DNA from: Eledone cirrhosa
Lineage: Eukaryota
Reading direction: 5' to 3'
NCBI GenBank assembly: GCA_964016885.1
Contig: OZ024742.1
Location: 9,424,001 to 9,488,000 of the forward strand
DNA: 64,000 bases
Shown here: in pieces, positions 61,718 to 64,000 of the stretch
How positions within the stretch are numbered: position 1 is the first letter of the stretch
How the letters are laid out: each line of letters starts with the position of its first letter
Made by a program: the position numbers and the translations under genes
The notes under the pieces: model-generated
What the model was told of the DNA's origin: nothing
What the model saw: only the letters and a program-made list of their open reading frames with translations
The model's database searches: none

Positions 61718-61902
61718 ATTTCTACTTTTGGAACAAGGCTAGCAATTACCCAGTGCATTACTGGTACTTTATTTTATCCACTCCTTAAGGATTAAAGGCA
61801 AAGTTAACCTCGGTAGGATTTGAACTCAGAATGGCAAGGGCCGTAACTCTATGCATCAAAGCATGGCGTCCAACCCTCTACTTATACTGCCAATCCACCG
61901 CC
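61718..61902 (-). mobile_element. tRNA-derived SINE
   Basis: Reverse complement of the SINE core; homologous to 8824-9003. Confidence 0.75.
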
Positions 61903-62015
61903 TTTGATAATGAATAGTAAATAGGATCGCCAATGTTTGCGATGCCTTTGGAAAACTGTAAACAAGGTTATGGAAAGACTGAAGATTGAGTTCAGAAAGA
62001 AAAATTTCACTTTAC

Positions 62016-62116
62016 CTTGCAGTTGACTTCTCAACATTGCTGTATAGATCTGAATCATAGGCACCATATAGATAAGGTATTGTATGGTACTTTCCACAAG
62101 ATATATCTCCATTTTC
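62016..62116 (-). CDS. candidate 101-bp host exon, product unknown
   Basis: Acceptor tctatttcttttaacag|G, donor AAG|gtaaag, non-repetitive, open in two frames. Confidence 0.35.
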
Positions 62117-62767
62117 CTGTTAAAAGAAATAGATTGTGATCGTATTGGAGTTGAGATCAGTTGACAGTGCACGAAAAAAAGGAGGAAAAAATATATTTCC
62201 CACAAAAATAGTAGGAAGTCTTCTATAATACTCCCGTATCCTATCTCTGCATATATATGACAGAATACTCCTTCAATCTTATTATGAGTGCGTTTATAAA
62301 ATAATGAGGCATATATGTGGATATCACTTCATATATGCTACTGAATACTCCTTTAATCTAAATATGGGTTAGTGTATCTGTAAAACAATGTAGCATAATT
62401 GTGTCTATCTATTAATATATGCTGCAATGTACTCCTTTAATCTAAATATGATTAACATAATTTCTGTAAGATAATATGACAAATATGAAATATATGTGTT
62501 CTTTAATTTAAAATATATTTCATACACCTCTCTACACCAGGTTCCAAAAACAAGGCATAAGTATTAGACTGTTCTACCAACTTCTATTCAGGTAGCTAAC
62601 AGTCATTCTTTACTCAATTAACTTTCCCTTTCTCAGGTCACAGTTACTGCCCGGCATGTCTTCATATGAGACCAGCACAGGAAGGAATATTATAATAATG
62701 ATAATTGTTTGTAATAAAGTTGTAAGGCCAATGATTTGAATACAGGAGAAGTCCATGGAATTGACCA

Positions 62768-62834
<67 letters not shown>

Positions 62835-62914
62835 GATATTTATAATTATAGATATAGTAAGAAATATATATATGTATATATCTATCTAACTATATATATA
62901 TGTGTATATATATA

Positions 62915-62997
<83 letters not shown>

Positions 62998-63056
62998 ATA
63001 GATATATATATAGATATATATAGTTACATAGATATAGTTATATATATATATATATA

Positions 63057-63113
63057 TTGTTATACTTGGGGAGGGTCATATTTGTGTAATATTGCCAGAA
63101 TTAATAACAGAAC
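63057..63113 (-). mobile_element. 57-bp terminal fragment of the PLE A family within (TA)n
   Basis: Matches 32735-32791. Confidence 0.75.
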
Positions 63114-63132
63114 ATATACATATATATATATT

Positions 63133-63171
<39 letters not shown>

Positions 63172-63372
63172 ATGTATAAACACACACATACACAAACATC
63201 AATATATTATTTAATGCGTGGGCATAACACGTAAAACATTGAATATAGCCATACATACACACACGCACACATACACACGAACATACATACACACAGAGAG
63301 ACACACAGACATACATCCACAAATACAGAGACACACAGACACAAATATATATACATGAATATATATATATAT

Positions 63373-63457
<85 letters not shown>

Positions 63458-63541
63458 TACATATATTCATATAGTCGCGAATATGTGTATGTACACGTAT
63501 GCGTAGGAATGTTTGCTCGCATATCTTAATATGCTATATGT

Positions 63542-63607
<66 letters not shown>

Positions 63608-64000
63608 CTTTGTGTGTGTGTATGTGTGTGTGTGAGTGTGTCTCCGTGTGCATATATATGTGTGTGTGTGTTTGCGTGTATGTGTGTGTTACCTAGGTTA
63701 GATCAAACATTTGGCATGCAAATTGGTAAAATACATAGGGATTTCGGAAATATTCGAGGGTATCGACTATTGAAGAGACAACTTGGTAATTAACGAAAAT
63801 CAATAAAGAGCCGGTGGGTAACAACGATGATAATATTACAGTCACGTACACAATGCCGGCTATATTATGTCGATAACATATTCACAAATCCTTTCATTTT
63901 CCCATGGGATATCATTAACTGAATGTAAAGCAACTGGATACGATTTGTTTATGCAATGGCGGTTTAATGAGTATTAAACGAACGAAACACAACCTGCTTC

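Overview
AT-rich, microsatellite-saturated animal DNA, probably intronic or intergenic. The SINE core and the repeat profile suggest an octopus or related cephalopod (inference). Almost all ORFs in the supplied track are microsatellite artefacts. The real coding content is transposon-derived: two long Penelope-like retroelements (PLEs; RT + GIY-YIG), three PLE endonuclease remnants with inverted terminal repeats, a decayed Helitron plus two non-autonomous Helitrons, an RTE LINE, a CR1-group LINE fragment, three copies of a short RTE-derived element, tRNA-type SINEs and mariner relics. One possible host exon lies at 62016-62116 (-). The most striking feature is that dozens of 150-1100 bp non-coding modules sit inside (TA)n tracts, and many carry type-I hammerhead ribozyme (HHR) motifs: roughly 13 sequence families and over 20 copies by manual inspection. 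Several have palindromic stem III, very long stem II, or non-canonical cores (U3-A8, A4). Four modules are head-to-tail repeats of 475-624 bp units, three of them with a recognisable HHR per unit, which resembles retrozymes or circular-RNA-templated insertions mobilised by PLEs. All folds were assigned by eye and coordinates are approximate to a few bases.
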